DNA of 62,967 bases, filler included, from Reclinomonas americana ATCC 50394 (Eukaryota): assembly GCA_048213135.1 (NCBI GenBank). It is 17 parts of 17 records of this genome, joined end to end, with 100 filler letters (N's around TTAATTAATTAA, not from the genome) between each part and the next. Parts side by side here need not be neighbours in the genome. Positions count along the whole stretch, not along the records: positions 1 to 2,200 come from AFZH01019827.1; positions 2,301 to 8,348 come from AFZH01019828.1; positions 8,449 to 16,038 come from AFZH01019829.1; 14 more parts are not named here. One strand, given 5' to 3'. The notes under the pieces are model-generated. The model worked only from the letters and a program-made list of their open reading frames with translations. It did not search any database and was not told where the DNA came from. Positions 1-14,339 of this stretch are shown here, in pieces. The position numbers were made by a program, and so were the translations under genes. How positions within the stretch are numbered: the first letter of the stretch is position 1; each line of letters begins with the position of its first letter.

Positions 1-7
1 CAACAAC

Positions 8-52
<45 letters not shown>

Positions 53-206
53 AAACAACTGCGGATAAACACAGATCACATATCTCACTCTCTTTCCCTT
101 CTCCCCCTCTCTCACATACTCTCTTTCCCTTCTCCCTCTCTCACACACTCTCCTCCCCTTCTCTCTCTCTCTCACACACACACACTCTTCTCTCTCTCTC
201 TCTCAC

Positions 207-327
207 CAAATCGATTGAGAAACTCGACAATCTGCCGCACGCCCAACAACGCCTTCTCGCTGAACTCGCGTGCCTCCCAGTCATCCTTCAGGTCTTGCCC
301 CGTCAACGTGTTCGCTCCGTACGACAT
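207..327 (-). CDS. BRK1: BRICK1/HSPC300 (WAVE/SCAR complex subunit), first coding exon; the rest of the gene is not identified in this window
   Basis: ATG at 327 gives MSYGANTLTGQDLKDDWEAREFSEKALLGVRQIVEFLNRF, then a phase-1 GTGAGA donor. This matches the BRK1 pattern DWxxRE(F/Y)xExxxxx(I/V)xxIxxFLNxF. Confidence 0.8.
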
Positions 328-578
328 TGTGGAGAGAGAGAGAGTGAGAGAGTGAGTTTGTCCCGTCAGTTCCGACGTCTTCGCCAGCGCGTTAATGTGG
401 CTTGCATGGGCTTGTTCTGCAGCTGACGGGCTGGGCTGCACGATGGCGTTTGCCGATGCGCGCAAGGACCACCCGTTGCTGAGATATGCGCGCGTGAAGT
501 CGTGCAGAGTTTGTCCTCTGTGTCATTCTTCTTCTTGTCGCGCGCGCGTGTGTGTTTGTGTGAGCAGCTGTCGACACA
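328..578. promoter_or_regulatory. Compact divergent (bidirectional) promoter region between BRK1 and SNRNP70
   Basis: Head-to-head ATGs at 327 (-) and 579 (+), about 250 nt apart. No specific motif identified. Confidence 0.5.
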
Positions 579-2200
<1,622 letters not shown>

Positions 2201-2300
2201 NNNNNNNNNNNNNNNNNNNNNNNNNNNNNNNNNNNNNNNNNNNNTTAATTAATTAANNNNNNNNNNNNNNNNNNNNNNNNNNNNNNNNNNNNNNNNNNNN
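2201..2300. other. Artificial contig spacer (N44-TTAATTAATTAA-N44). It recurs at 8349, 16039, 19066, 27225, 30328, 40632, 42956, 45894, 47423, 48732, 51869, 53985, 55335, 56829 and 61646
   Basis: The same 100-nt linker each time, with stop codons in all six frames. Confidence 0.99.
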
Positions 2301-5300
2301 CTATCTTGTTCCGCAACATCAGTGTGATAATGGCGGCGGGTTCGCGTTGCGACGAAATGCGCGTAAAGTTGACCACGTCCGACGCAAACACCGTGACACT
2401 GGCGTGCTCGGTGATCATTGGCTTCTCCGGCGTGCCGTCCGTGCGTTGCAGCTGTGGGATTGACAGTGAGCTGCTGCACCACACTCTCCTCTTTCCCCTG
2501 CAAGCATGACTGACCTCTTCGACGACCTGATCCACCACGTGTGGGGGGAACGCAGCGCGCAAAAGTGTGCGATTGGCGGCACCGATGGTGACCAGCTCTT
2601 GCAGCTGTTCCTGGAACTCCTTGACGCCCTCGATGAAGCACGAGAAGAAGCGCTTGCTGAGGAAGCGGCCCTCGCGCACGCGCACATTGACCGGGAATCG
2701 TGTGCCGTCGCGGTGAAGACCCAGAGTTGACAGAGCTGCGGGTGGAACACACACACAAGTCAGTCAGTCAACGACGACCGATTCCGTCACCATTCACAAT
2801 AATGACTCACCGGCGCCATTGACCACTGTGGAGCGGCCGGTGCGCAGGTAGCCAGCAATGTAATCATTGTGTCGGTCGCGGTGGGCGTCGTCGCCGACCA
2901 GCTCCTTGACGTGCTTCTCCTTGAGCTCGACAGAGTTCCAGCCAAAGAGGCGGCAGGCGCTCTCGTTGACGTAGGTGATTTGGCCTGTTTATGTGCAAGT
3001 GTGAGATGAAGCTAGGCTAGTGATTGCCAAGTGGTAGACTCACCCTTGTCGTCGGTCACAACGACACCCTGATCGTACAAGTTGACAATCTTGGTCAACT
3101 CGTCCACGCGCTTCACCACATCTGTCATGGCTCGTCTCTCGAGACTCAGATCTGCGGTTCATGGTGAGTGAAGGGAATGTACAAGCAAACTAGAAGATCC
3201 ATCACGCACCGCGAATGTGAGCAATGTAATACTTGGCGTCGCCATTCACCGTCTCCGTAAGTTGAATCTGAATGGGCACCAACGAGCCGTCACGGCGCAG
3301 ACCAGACACCTCGCGACCACCTCTGTGCTGAGTGGTTAGGAAAGCCAACAGGAACCACTGCGGAGGAGAGTGCACTCACGGTTGGAAAATGGAGGCCTCG
3401 CCCGTCTCCTTGTATCGCTCAATGTACTGATCGTGATCGTGGCAGTGCGGTGCAGGCATGAGCATGTTGACCTTTTGGTTCAACTGTTGCGTGTGGCAGG
3501 AGTGATTGAGTGAGCAAGCAGTCACACGTGGTCCATGAAGAGCAGGGGAAATATCAAACGCACCAGCTCCTCCTTCTCGTACATGAAAGTGGTGCACACG
3601 GCCTGGTTGACGTACTCGATCACGCCATCCGTGTCGGTCATGACAACCAAGTTTTGCGCGCCGTCCATCATGGCGAGAGTGCGATCCTCGATCACTGTGC
3701 ACGTGCACGTTTGTAAGTCGGCTGTGTTGCATCGGTGGCACTCTTTGCCTCTGTGACGCAACTCTTGTCCTTTTCGCGCTGCTGCACCTCCTCTGTGCTG
3801 TCGTGGATAAAGGCAGCGAACACTCGCTTCTGCATGGGAATAGAGTGAGCGGCATTTGTCGAGAATGGGGAGAGTGCAACGTCACGCAACTGTCTTCATC
3901 ACAGCCTCCGATACCGAGACGTACACAGGCACCGTGCTGCCGTCCTTGCGATACAGCGTCGTGTCGATGCTGCGGCCTGCACGACGACAAGACAGTCAGA
4001 TCTGGTGTCTTGACACTAAACACATTTGCGCAGCGAGACGAACCAACAAGGCGACTCTTGCCAGTCGTAATGTGGCCGGCAATGAGCTCGTCGTGACGCA
4101 CGCGCACCTGCAAGAAATTGGTGAGTCCGCAAATTCAACCTGGGAGAAAGCCAAGATAGTGTAGGACTCACCTCCGGCGGCGTGACTTCCTTGATATTCA
4201 TGCCTTGCAGCTCTGGAGGAACACAATCACAATCGTTAGTCTCACCATCCAGTTGCTTGCTTGAATCACATCCCGACAAACCGTCCATGGTGTAGCCAGT
4301 GATCTTGACCATGGCAGCATTTGCCATTTGGATAATGCCCTTTTCGTTAGTGAGCACCACGGCATCGGCTGTGAAAAAACATTAACAAGTGAGTGAGGTT
4401 GCTCGTCTCCGCCACCATGGCCCACCAAGCACGCAACTCGAAGCCTGCAGCACCGAGATGAGCTTCTTCTCGCCCTCCTTCAGAGTCTCCGCGAGGCTGG
4501 CCTCCGTGATCTCCTCGCCGTGATAGGCAAAGTCGTTGATGATGCTCACAGTGGCCACCACCTTTTGCGACAAACCCAAAAAGTGAGTGCACTGTCTCGT
4601 GTGCTAGACGCAGAGGAAACTCACCTCCGGCGGCAGCTGCAGCAGCATCTTGCGGACCTGATCGCGCTTCTTCTGGAACTCAACGGCCGACGGAATCACC
4701 ATAATGGCCATCAGCACAATAAAGACCACAATCTGTGCGATGCCTCATGTCAGCCACAACCGAAGATGATCACCGGTTCTGCACTTTGGACGCAACTCCA
4801 GTGGCAAACATCACGTCCACAATGAGACGCGAGTTGTCAATGTCGTCGGTCAGCGTGTCCAGGAAGATCTTGGCCGACTGCTGCAGGAACGCCGCCAGAC
4901 CAGGCTGACTGAGTTCCAGCGTGTTGGCGTAGCGGTCGGCCACAATCGCGTACGAGTTGACCGGGATGCCTTGGTTCATGCTCGCCACGGCCGAGAGGAT
5001 CTCAATGGAGCGAATCATCTGCACATGAACGGTGAGTGATTAACAGAACGGGAAAAGAGGATGAGACTTTGCTGGTGGTGCACCAACGCACCAGCGAGTT
5101 GTACGTGGAGCAGTCGGCATTGCGCTGTGCCTCGGCAATGAGATCGTCGTACACGGCAAACGCGGAGTCGTCGCATCGGCTGCCATACAGCAGCTGCGAG
5201 TGCTTCACGAGACGAATCGGTGCACCGGCGGCCGCCGGGTCGGTGAGACGCAATGTGTCGTGCGTTTGTGAGACCTGTACAACATAAACTCGAGTTAGTT

Positions 5301-8300
5301 GCATGCATCACACTGCCTATGTCTTGGCGCACACTCACCAGTGACATGGCCGGTGTTAATAAGTTGATTGCACTCTGTGGCGAAAATACACCGTCTCGAG
5401 TGAAGAGTGTGGATTCGACGCCACCGGCCGCAATGTCCAACTTGCTTGTTTGCACGCACTGGTGCACCGAGCACACCAACGCCAGACTCTGGTAGTACTT
5501 GGCATGGCGTCCCTCGGCGAGGCGGACGGCCGCCGCCGTGGCGTTGACGCTCGAGCGCAGCTGCATGGTCGACGCCCACCACACTCCAAACACCAACAGG
5601 AAGAGGATAAAGACCATGAACACCGCCATGGCCAGATTGCGCCAGATGCTCTGTTGCTCCTCCTCCACCGGACCCAACTGCGCATCGAGTGAGACACATG
5701 AGAGAAGAGGAGTAGGAAAAATGATGTAGTCTAGAGAGAGACGCAACGCTGTCACCACCACCCTGCGCCAACACGCTGTCGGGCACTGAGCGGTAGAGGC
5801 GCAGAGCGGCTGTCTTTGGCACCGCAAAGAACAGTCGCAGAGCAAACTGATTGCGGTTGAGGTACATGCGGTAGCAGGGGAGGAAGACGGCCAAGAACAG
5901 TAGGGAACCGACGCCCACACACACGGCAAACGTGATGAGGGACTGCGAAGTGTGTGAGAGAGAGAACAGTAAGTCATCAGTGCTTGTGCTATGCTCCTCT
6001 ACTCCGCAAGTCGCACTTCACCTTCAGGTTCTGCTGGTTGGTTTCGCGCGACTGGAAGCTGGCGGTGTAATCAAGCAGCGTGTTCAGCGTGTCGCCAATG
6101 GCCTGCAGTCCGTTGCGCACCACATTCAAGTATGCCGGGCTGTACAGCAGCTGGTTGCGGCTTCCCCACGTGCGGGTGGCCATGCTCTGCACATTCTCCA
6201 ATCGTCAGCACGCTGGTGGGAAAAGGAGAATGGCACTGTCTCCGCACGACTCACCAGCGCGTCCTGTGCCATGGCCAGCACGGCTGCCTTGAGCTGCGTC
6301 GGTCCGACGGACATGGTGGCGGGCTTGGTCTCGTCGGTGCTGCGGTAGTTTTCCGTTGTACTGTAGCGTGAAAGATGATGATGATGAGTGAGACGATGTC
6401 TTTCTGTGATCAATCGAGCAAGTGACGCAACATGCTGCTGGTCAGCAACGAGTCCCACTGGTGTTCTTTTTCGAATAAGTCGTTGAAGGTCAAGGCCAGG
6501 TTCGTAGCATTGCCTGCCATCCAAGTTTGCAGTTGAGCGCGCGAGTCATTGTCGTTGAGACTGAGCCACTGGCCGAGTTGCACGGCTTGCAGAGTGAGGA
6601 GAGAGGCGATGTTGCTGGTGTACATGAACAACAATTAGTTGACGATCAACGTGACTGTCGCCATTGTAGCACATGTGCGCAACTTGGTCTCCGTGCTCGA
6701 CTTCCACCACGTGGCAGTGTGCTTGTCGTGTGCCAGCTTGCCGATGGTGATGGCGTAGGTGACAATCATCAGCAGCAGGAGCGCAAAGCTGATCATCAGC
6801 GAGACGGTGAACATGGTGCGGTTGGAGCGACTATTGGGATGTAGGCAGAGTGAGTCACTGCTTGTCATAGGAGAAGATGTCATTGCGGAAACTGAACCTC
6901 TTGGTGTCGGCCATCTTGAGGCCGAGCGACATGTCGTCGTCGGTCTCCTCGCCCTTGCCAGCGCCCTTTTTGCTGCTCTTGCCCGTGGCACGCGAGGCGC
7001 CACTCGTGCGGCTTCCGGCCCTGCAGATGGAGCAAGGTGAGATGCAAAATATAGTTGGGTAGAGAGACAAGAGGAAAGCTGACGCACCACTTGCTGGGGC
7101 GAGAGGATGCTCCCGACTTGCCAGTCATCACCGTGGAAGTCTCCAGTGCATCATCGTGCATGGCGGCACCCTTGGTGGACCTGCGCGGCTCCGGTGTAAT
7201 CACTGGCGACGGAATAGCATTCGGCAGCGGTGCCGTGTGGCGTCCGCGAGGTGAAGCACCGGGAGCTGTGCATGCTGTCAGGAGGAGGATTGCATCGCAA
7301 AACAGAGAAACAACTGCACTCACCAGCGAGGAACTTGCCGACGCCGCCAATGTGCTCCGAGTGATCCGTGTCGGTGTCGTCGACTCCGTACACATTCGGA
7401 CCTGTGTACTCGTAGTTGCCCTTGACGTAGCTGGTCTCGTCGCCCTCTTCGTCGGACTCGGAGTCGGTGGCCACGTTGATCGGGTGCACCTTGTGGCCGC
7501 CCTTGGGCGCCTGCTGCGGCGACGAGTGTCCAACACCACGGCTGTGCTCGCACAGGCGGCGACGCAGTTCGCGCAACTGATCATCAAGAACGTGTGAGAT
7601 GCAAAGTGGAAAACAGTGAGTTTCCTGCTCTGCAAGTGTTCATCTCACCTTGGTCGCACGCGCAGCATCCTTGACCGCCTTGTTGGCGGGACCACCGCCG
7701 CCGACCGGTTCCGCCAGGCCGCCAGTCATGCTGGTGATGCCCACCGCCGCAACGACCGTGTTCACTGGCGCGTGCTCAATGTGCTCGGCCTGCTGCCACA
7801 GGCGCGAGGCCTTGATGTCATCCTTCTCAATGTTGCCGGCAAACTGCACGCAGGAGGAAGGTGAGTACTTTCGCCTTTCTTCTCGATCAATCTTGTCACA
7901 CTGCGGCACGCAACGTTGGCATAGCTGCGCAGCAAGGTGGCGTTCTGCGGGTACTCCTCCAGCAGCGTGGCGAACTCTTGCACGCAGAACGTGGTGCGCT
8001 TGTCAATCATCGACATGAGCGGCCACACAGCCGTGATGTTGACGTCCTCTTGCAGAATATTGCCCCAGAAGCGGCGGTACAAGAGACTGTGTGCGGGTAG
8101 AGGGGAACAGTGAGAAGAGAAAGAGACGTAAGCAAGCAATTGCATAGTGACGAAACTGCAGCTGGTGCATGTTCTTCTCCAGCACCTTGAGGCGATTGGC
8201 GAGCGACGCCGAGGAGCCACCGCTGCCGCCCTCCATGTGCTGCGACATGCGAGCCAGCGCAAAGTGCATGTCCAGCGGCAACTTGGTAGGCTCGCCGACA

Positions 8301-10065
8301 TCTGCGAAGGCAAAAGGAGTGAGCACTCAAGAAAAGAACGAGAAGTCGNNNNNNNNNNNNNNNNNNNNNNNNNNNNNNNNNNNNNNNNNNNNTTAATTAA
8401 TTAANNNNNNNNNNNNNNNNNNNNNNNNNNNNNNNNNNNNNNNNNNNNCCACTCACCAATGAGGCCGGCAACGGCACCCCACATGCACACCATGAGCCAC
8501 CCGACGGCGGTCTTGTTGAAGTTGACGTTGAAGAAGGGCATGCGGGTGCACGACATCCACGTAAGGACAGCGATGCTGCCAATGCCGACCACCGAGTGCA
8601 ACGACGGCAGCCAGCGCGACAGCAGACTCAGGAAGATCAGCACTGTGCGGATCACAGTCACAAACACCATCCAGCGTGCGGCCAGTGGCCCGCAGCTGAG
8701 CTGACGGCGGTTCATGCGGGCTTCGTTGCAACTGGATGGGGAGAAGGGGCATAAAAGGGGAAGGGGGTGAGAGGGGGAAGGAAAGGGGGAAAGGAAGGGG
8801 AGGGGAAGGGAGAAGAGAATGAGATGGAATGAAAAAAAGGGAAGGGAAGAGGAAATTGTGAGAAGACGCTGCTGGAGGGGGAAAAGAGGAGGAAAGAGAA
8901 GGAGAAAGGACGGAAAGGGGATGAGAGGAAAGGGATGATGTAGAAAGGAAAGCGGGGGGAAGGGGGCCACGCGAAAACCCCAAGACAGAGAGAGCGAGGG
9001 GGGAAGAGAAAGCAAAGCGCCTGAGAGGGAGATCTAAAGGGAAGAACATGAGAAACCGAAAGAACACGGAGTTCTGCGAGAAGAGAAGACACGCGGGGAA
9101 GAGAAAGACAGAGAGAGAGCATGAGTGAGTCATAATAGTGAGAAGGGACATGAGAGTGAAAGAGGGAGAAGACGCATGATAACAGTCGGAAGCGAAGATG
9201 ATCTGAGCAACGGAGACGAATGAAACAAAGCACACAAAAAAAGATAGAAAAGGAATGCAAGACAAGATGAGTTGAAAGCAAGGGACAAGAGGTGTTAACT
9301 GTGAAGGAAACTAACTGCTGTTCTCCCTCCTCTGAAACGCACCCGTAAGCACAGATAATGGACACGGCCGAGACGAAGGTGGCGAGCAGAAGGCCCACCA
9401 CACCCTTGATCATGTTGTACGCAGTGCTGCAGTCTTCGCCCTCGGCCACCGTCTGCTGTCCAAGGCGAATGCGATTCACGATCTGCGAGTCTGCATCGGT
9501 CTCGCACATAAACGGCGTAATCAACGCCAGCGCCACCGGCACTTGCAGCACCGAGAACAGCAGGAAGCCGTGCCCGTTGATGTAGCCCATGGCGAGGCGA
9601 TTGAGGCGCGGCAAGCGGATCCGCGCAAAGTGCGTCGTCAGCGTCACAATCACCGCAATCATCAGCAGCAGCGCATACACCGCCGCCACCACATATGCAA
9701 TCGCATCGCTCAACACCGATCCGCTAATCGTCGGCACCAGCGATGCCGGAATGAAGATCGCGCGCACGACAATGCTCGGGATCCCGCCCTGCGTATATAT
9801 ACCGCGGATCAATCGATTGATGACCGTTACATGTACAAGCGCCAATCACAATCAGTCAATAACTCACCCACAAAAAGTAGGGGTTGAGTGTGAGCGCGAG
9901 GAGCTGCCAGGCGGCCCAGAACAGCAGCACGCCCTCCCAGAATCTGTTGCTGCATCGTTGCAACGGTCGCGCGTTCTCCAATAGTCCAATAAAGTAGTCG
10001 CGGACGGCTGACTCGCTGCCGCGGTCCTGATCGCCATTCTCGTTGGCCTCATCGACGTTGTCCAT
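2301..10065 (-). CDS. TmcB/TmcC-like multi-pass membrane protein with 3 PAS domains and a C-terminal class III adenylate/guanylate cyclase domain. Many short introns; spans the 8349 gap; 3'-truncated at 2301
   Basis: N-terminal hydrophobic segments at 8450-10065. TmcB-type helical motif FWGNIL...EFATLLEEYPQNATLLRSYA|..FAGNIEKDDIKASRLWQQAEHIE (~7750-8080). Further TM segments follow. PAS domains at ~3900-4370, ~3210-3670 and ~2620-3080. Cyclase start TLLRAAFPPHVVDQV...EHASVTVFASDVVNFTRISSQREPAAII (2320-2570). Confidence 0.8.
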
Positions 10066-11163
10066 GGTCGCTGTCAACGCGTCATTTTCACTCTGCGGGT
10101 ACCCTTGACTGATGCACACACAAAAGACAAGTATAGTCAGTGTCGATGTGTTCGTAACCACTCTCTCTCTCACACAAAGGAAAACACCCTTTGCTCTGTT
10201 TCCACTATCGACCACTTGTGTGCAGCTCTCTCTCTCTCTCTCTCTCACTCTCTCTCTTTCCCTCTGTGTGTGCTCACCTGGGTTCACGCGCGACAGGATT
10301 CGCCTTCTCCATTTTCTCTCTGTTCCTTTTTCAGTTCACACACTTGGTGCACACACACGCGCGCGCTCTCTTTTTCTTCTCTCACACTCTGTGCGTGTGT
10401 GTGAGCGCGTACAGTCTACCAGTCAGTGTGCGACTGGGTGTGTGTGTTTTCTTTTCACAAGTGATTGAGTGATCTTCTCTCACACGAATCACGACGACAA
10501 TGAAAAACCGAACGCTGCAACGGTCAATTGCTGTAATTGGGATCTTGCGACGCCAAGGCATGTAGCACCCCTTTCTGCAATACGCGCATGCATGCATCCA
10601 CTCTCTGTTGCAATTGCGAGGATACAGGCGAGCGCACTTGCTCTCGGCGCTGTGCCGAGTCAAATACCACGTCGGTTTTCGATTGAGAATGCATCGATTG
10701 GCGGCTTTTCATTCGCGCGCGCGTTGTTCTGTCGTGCACAGGACGACTGGCCATGATTGGGTGCGGATGGTCGTCGCACTTTCGCGCGTTGCTGCGACGC
10801 GCTCTCTGAGGTGGAACTCCGCCACTGATGCGTGTTCGGATACGCACAACGGGCGGCTGTTACGCTGACGCTGCTCCCTCGAATCATTCCGCCAACGGCC
10901 CGATGGCATGAATGTGCATGTCCGGTGCATCAGTCACGCTCGGGCACATCCGTCACCAAGTAAAACAGCTGTGCGTGGAAATTGGTGCAGCGAGGCGTGA
11001 GTGGCCAGCTAATCACATCAAAACTAAGAGTTTTCGGCTCGAACGCACCGACGTGAGGCCAACTGCGGTGAATCGACCGAGCAGCTGGCGTGGAAAGAGG
11101 GGGGAAAGAGAGAGGAATGGGAAGAGAGCGACACGAGCGCACAAATGAGCATTCGGTGCGCTC

Positions 11164-14009
11164 TCACATGCAGGGGAGAGCCATGAAACAAGAAAGCATC
11201 TCCCAAATAGGCGAAATCGCCCAAAACAGCGAGTATCTATTTACCTGAGCAAAGTCCTCGTCTGTTTCGAAGAAAGGCCGCGGAAGCACGCTCTCCTCCA
11301 CCGGCTCCTCCGTTATCACCGACATTTTTTGCCTGCCACACGAAACACGCGCAGGTGAGAAGCGGTGAACAGGAGAGAGAGAGAGAGAGAATACGGGCAC
11401 CAGCTGAGTCCGCGCAAGTCGGTGACGTACTGGCGCACTTCCTCGGCCAGTCCCTCGGCCACCAGCACGCCCGGTTTACCGTGGCGGCTGAACCCCGCCA
11501 GGTCGAACCGGCGTGCCCAGTTGACGATACACGCCCGTTTCTGAGTCGAATAAATGTGGTGGAAGCGGATGGAGACACGGAGGAGTGCTGGCGAGGAAGG
11601 CGGGGAGGAGGCGGAGGCAGGCGAGGAGGAGGAGGAGGAGGAGGCGGCCACAGCGGATTTCTCGGTATCGCACTGTTCCTGTGGAGATGCAAAGAGAATA
11701 TGGTATGAGTGTATTCGGTGATACAGCAGCAGGAGAGAATGACGGAGAGAGGGAGAGGAGAGGGGAGGGAGGTGGGGGTGGATACCGCCGTGACCTTCAG
11801 ATGAGGCCGCGTGTTTTTCACATTCTCTCAGCCAATGTGAAACGGTAACAGAGTGGGGGGTCCAGCCGGTGAGAATGCGGCCAGGAGTAACGACAGGCCG
11901 ATTCCAAAACTCAGATCCGGAATCGAGAGGGGCGAGAGAAGAAGAGAAAGACAGAGAAGGGGACAGAAGGCGGGCTGCCGAGAAGCGCAGGAGGCGAATA
12001 GAAGGAAGAAGGAGAAGACCGATTCCATCAACGACGGCGACGTAGCACACACTGAGGCAAAGAGATGAGTGGGTAGACGGGAAAGACCACAAAGAGGCAC
12101 AGGGGACCAGAAGACACTCGGAGGTGGATTGACCGAGGCAAGAAGAGACGAGTAAGCAAGCAGAGACCGATTCCATCAACGAAAGCGACAAAGAGGACAA
12201 GAGACGAGCCAGCAGGAAAAGATCAAAGTCTTCAGCACAGGCGACAAATGAGCACCAGCATGCACTTGGAGGGTGGGTTGGGCGTGGCAAGCAAGCAAAG
12301 ACCATGTGCCTTCAGAAAGCGATATCGAGGACGGGCAGACACTTGAGGGTGGAGAGACAAGAGACGAGCAAGAAGGAAAAGACCAGTGACATACAAATGA
12401 GACTGAAGAGGACCATCAGAGGCAAGAGACGAGCAAGCAGAGAGGGACTCCGTGCCTGCAAATGAGAGACAAAGAGGGCCAGCAGATACTTGACGGTGCA
12501 CCAAGAGACCATGAATCCACTCAATGGTGGATTGGCCTCGAAACATGAGACGCGGAGGCATGTAGGAATGGACGCCGTGCTTCCAAACGAAAGCGATAAA
12601 CAAAGTCCAGCAGACACTCGAGGACGGAGAGACAGGGGACGAGCAAGCAGAAGGAGACCAATGACATACAAATGAGACTGAAGAGGACCATCGAGAGGCG
12701 AGAGACGAGCAAGCAGAGAGAGACAAAGAGGACCAGCAGATACTCGCGGGTGCACCAAGAGGCCATGAATCCACTCGATGGTGTATTGGCCTCGAAACAA
12801 GAGACGAGCAAGCAGAGGTGACCCCGTGCCTCCAAACGAAAGCGATGAACAAAGTCCAGCAGACACTCGAGGGGGGAGAGACAGGGGACGAGCAAGCAGA
12901 AGGAGACCAATGATCCACACAAGAGACTGGTCCATCGAGAGGCCAGAGACGAGTCAGCAGGAAGGAAGCACAATAATTCCAACGAAGAGACAAAAAGTAG
13001 AGCAGCAGACACTCGAGAGCGTGGGCGAGTGAGCAGGCAGAAAGTTCATGCGCCTCCAACGACAGCGATATCGAGGACGGGCAGACACTCGAGGGCGGAG
13101 AGACAGGAGACGAGCAAGCAGAAGGAGGCCAATGACTCCAACGACAGAGACTGAAGAGGACCATCGAGAGGCAAGAGACGAGCAAGCACAAAGAGACCCC
13201 GTTCCTGCAAACGAAAGACAAAGAGGAGGAGAAGCAGATACTCGCGAGTGCACCAAGAGACCATGAATCCACTCGATGGTGTATTGGCCCCGAAACAAGA
13301 GACAAGTAGGCATGCAGGAATGGACGCCGTGCTTCCAAATGAAAGCGATGAAAGAAGTCCAGCATGCAGCAGAGGCTCCAGTAAGTTGGCCCCCAAACAC
13401 GTGACAAGAACGCAAGCAGGAAAAGTCCATGTGCCACGACCACACCTTGCAATCGCTCGGAAGCCGAGACAAGTAGAATGCCAGTCTCTTCCACGCAGCA
13501 CTCACCACCATAAACTGCACGGCTTCCAGTGTACACGGTTCACCAGTCACAAACATGCTGCTCAACAGCCGCTCCACCATGACTGCATTCAAGCGATCCC
13601 GACTGCGACTGCTCAGCTGCTGTTGCTGCTGTGAGGCCTTTGCTATCTCTCCAATCAGAGTAATGGATGGAGGAGCAGTGAGAGGGTAGGTCGATGGCCA
13701 CACGATTTGCAAGCGATCTGCGAGGTGTTGATTGGTAAGTGAGAGAATGTGTGTGTGTGTGTGTGAGACAGAGTGATGCACGCAACAGGTGACACTGGGG
13801 TGCTCTGCAGAGGCTGCGTCCAGCGAGAAACGGCATGGGCGATTGTCGTGCAGTGCCTGTGTGTGTGCTGAGTGTATGAGAGCACAGTGAGTGGAAAGAG
13901 AGTGTGTGTGCTTGTGCACCTGTGTGGCATCGCTGTCTATGTGTAGCTCGTCGGCGTAGACGGCTTGCAGTACTTGCAGCTCGTCTAGTCGGTCGTTGTG
14001 TTGGCTCAT
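11164..14009 (-). CDS. RWD-domain plus DUF1115 protein (RWDD2-like), spliced, with a ~1.8 kb repeat-filled intron
   Basis: N-terminal RWD: DELQVLQAVYADE...LQIVWPSTYPLTAPP. C-terminal FHHIYSTQKRACIVNWARRFDLAGFSRHGKPGVLVAEG...VRQYVTDLRGLSW|QKM matches the RWDD2 pattern. 3' end is approximate. Confidence 0.75.
12050..13370. repeat. Composite degenerate tandem repeat within the RWD-gene intron
   Basis: Recurring blocks such as CCATGAATCCACTCRATGGTG(T)ATTGGCC (~12508, 12763, 13261), GCAGACACTCGAGG and GAGACGAGCAAGCAG. Confidence 0.8.
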
Positions 14010-14339
14010 TGGCGATGGAGTGGGACGGAGGAAGAGTGTCCTCGGAGGACGCATCAGTCTTGTGCCTTTTCTTCCACTCCTGCCTTTCCTTGCCAAGCCA
14101 TCAGGGAAGACAGGAGGTCAAGGTTTGCCTGAACCGTGGCATACATCCGCAATACACTCTCCAGCGACCTCACTCGGAAAGTGGCGTCCATACTCCACTG
14201 GAAACCTCTTGGCTCGATCCTGTTCCTCACGCTTTCACCCCGTCTCTTCGCTTTGCCCCCATCCTCTGTGACACGCCCAGCTAGTTGCTGCGTTAATTAA
14301 TAATGATCATACATGGTGACTGCCGGGACCGGTCAGCGC

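Noticed and set aside
2245..2256. TTAATTAATTAA palindrome recurring through the window
   Set aside because: It is an assembly linker. The natural TTAATTAA at ~14293 is unrelated and unremarkable.
6615..6683. In-frame TAA (6635-6637) between two coding-looking stretches of the cyclase gene, suggesting UAA reassignment; most identified eukaryotic genes here end in TGA
   Set aside because: It lies inside a 69-nt GTTGCG...CTAAT...CAG intron whose length is a multiple of 3. I found no other in-frame TAA/TAG in the conserved exons I translated.
10619..10626. Minus-strand GTATCCTC as a second U12 donor
   Set aside because: Imperfect consensus, with no flanking exon or branch site that I could support.
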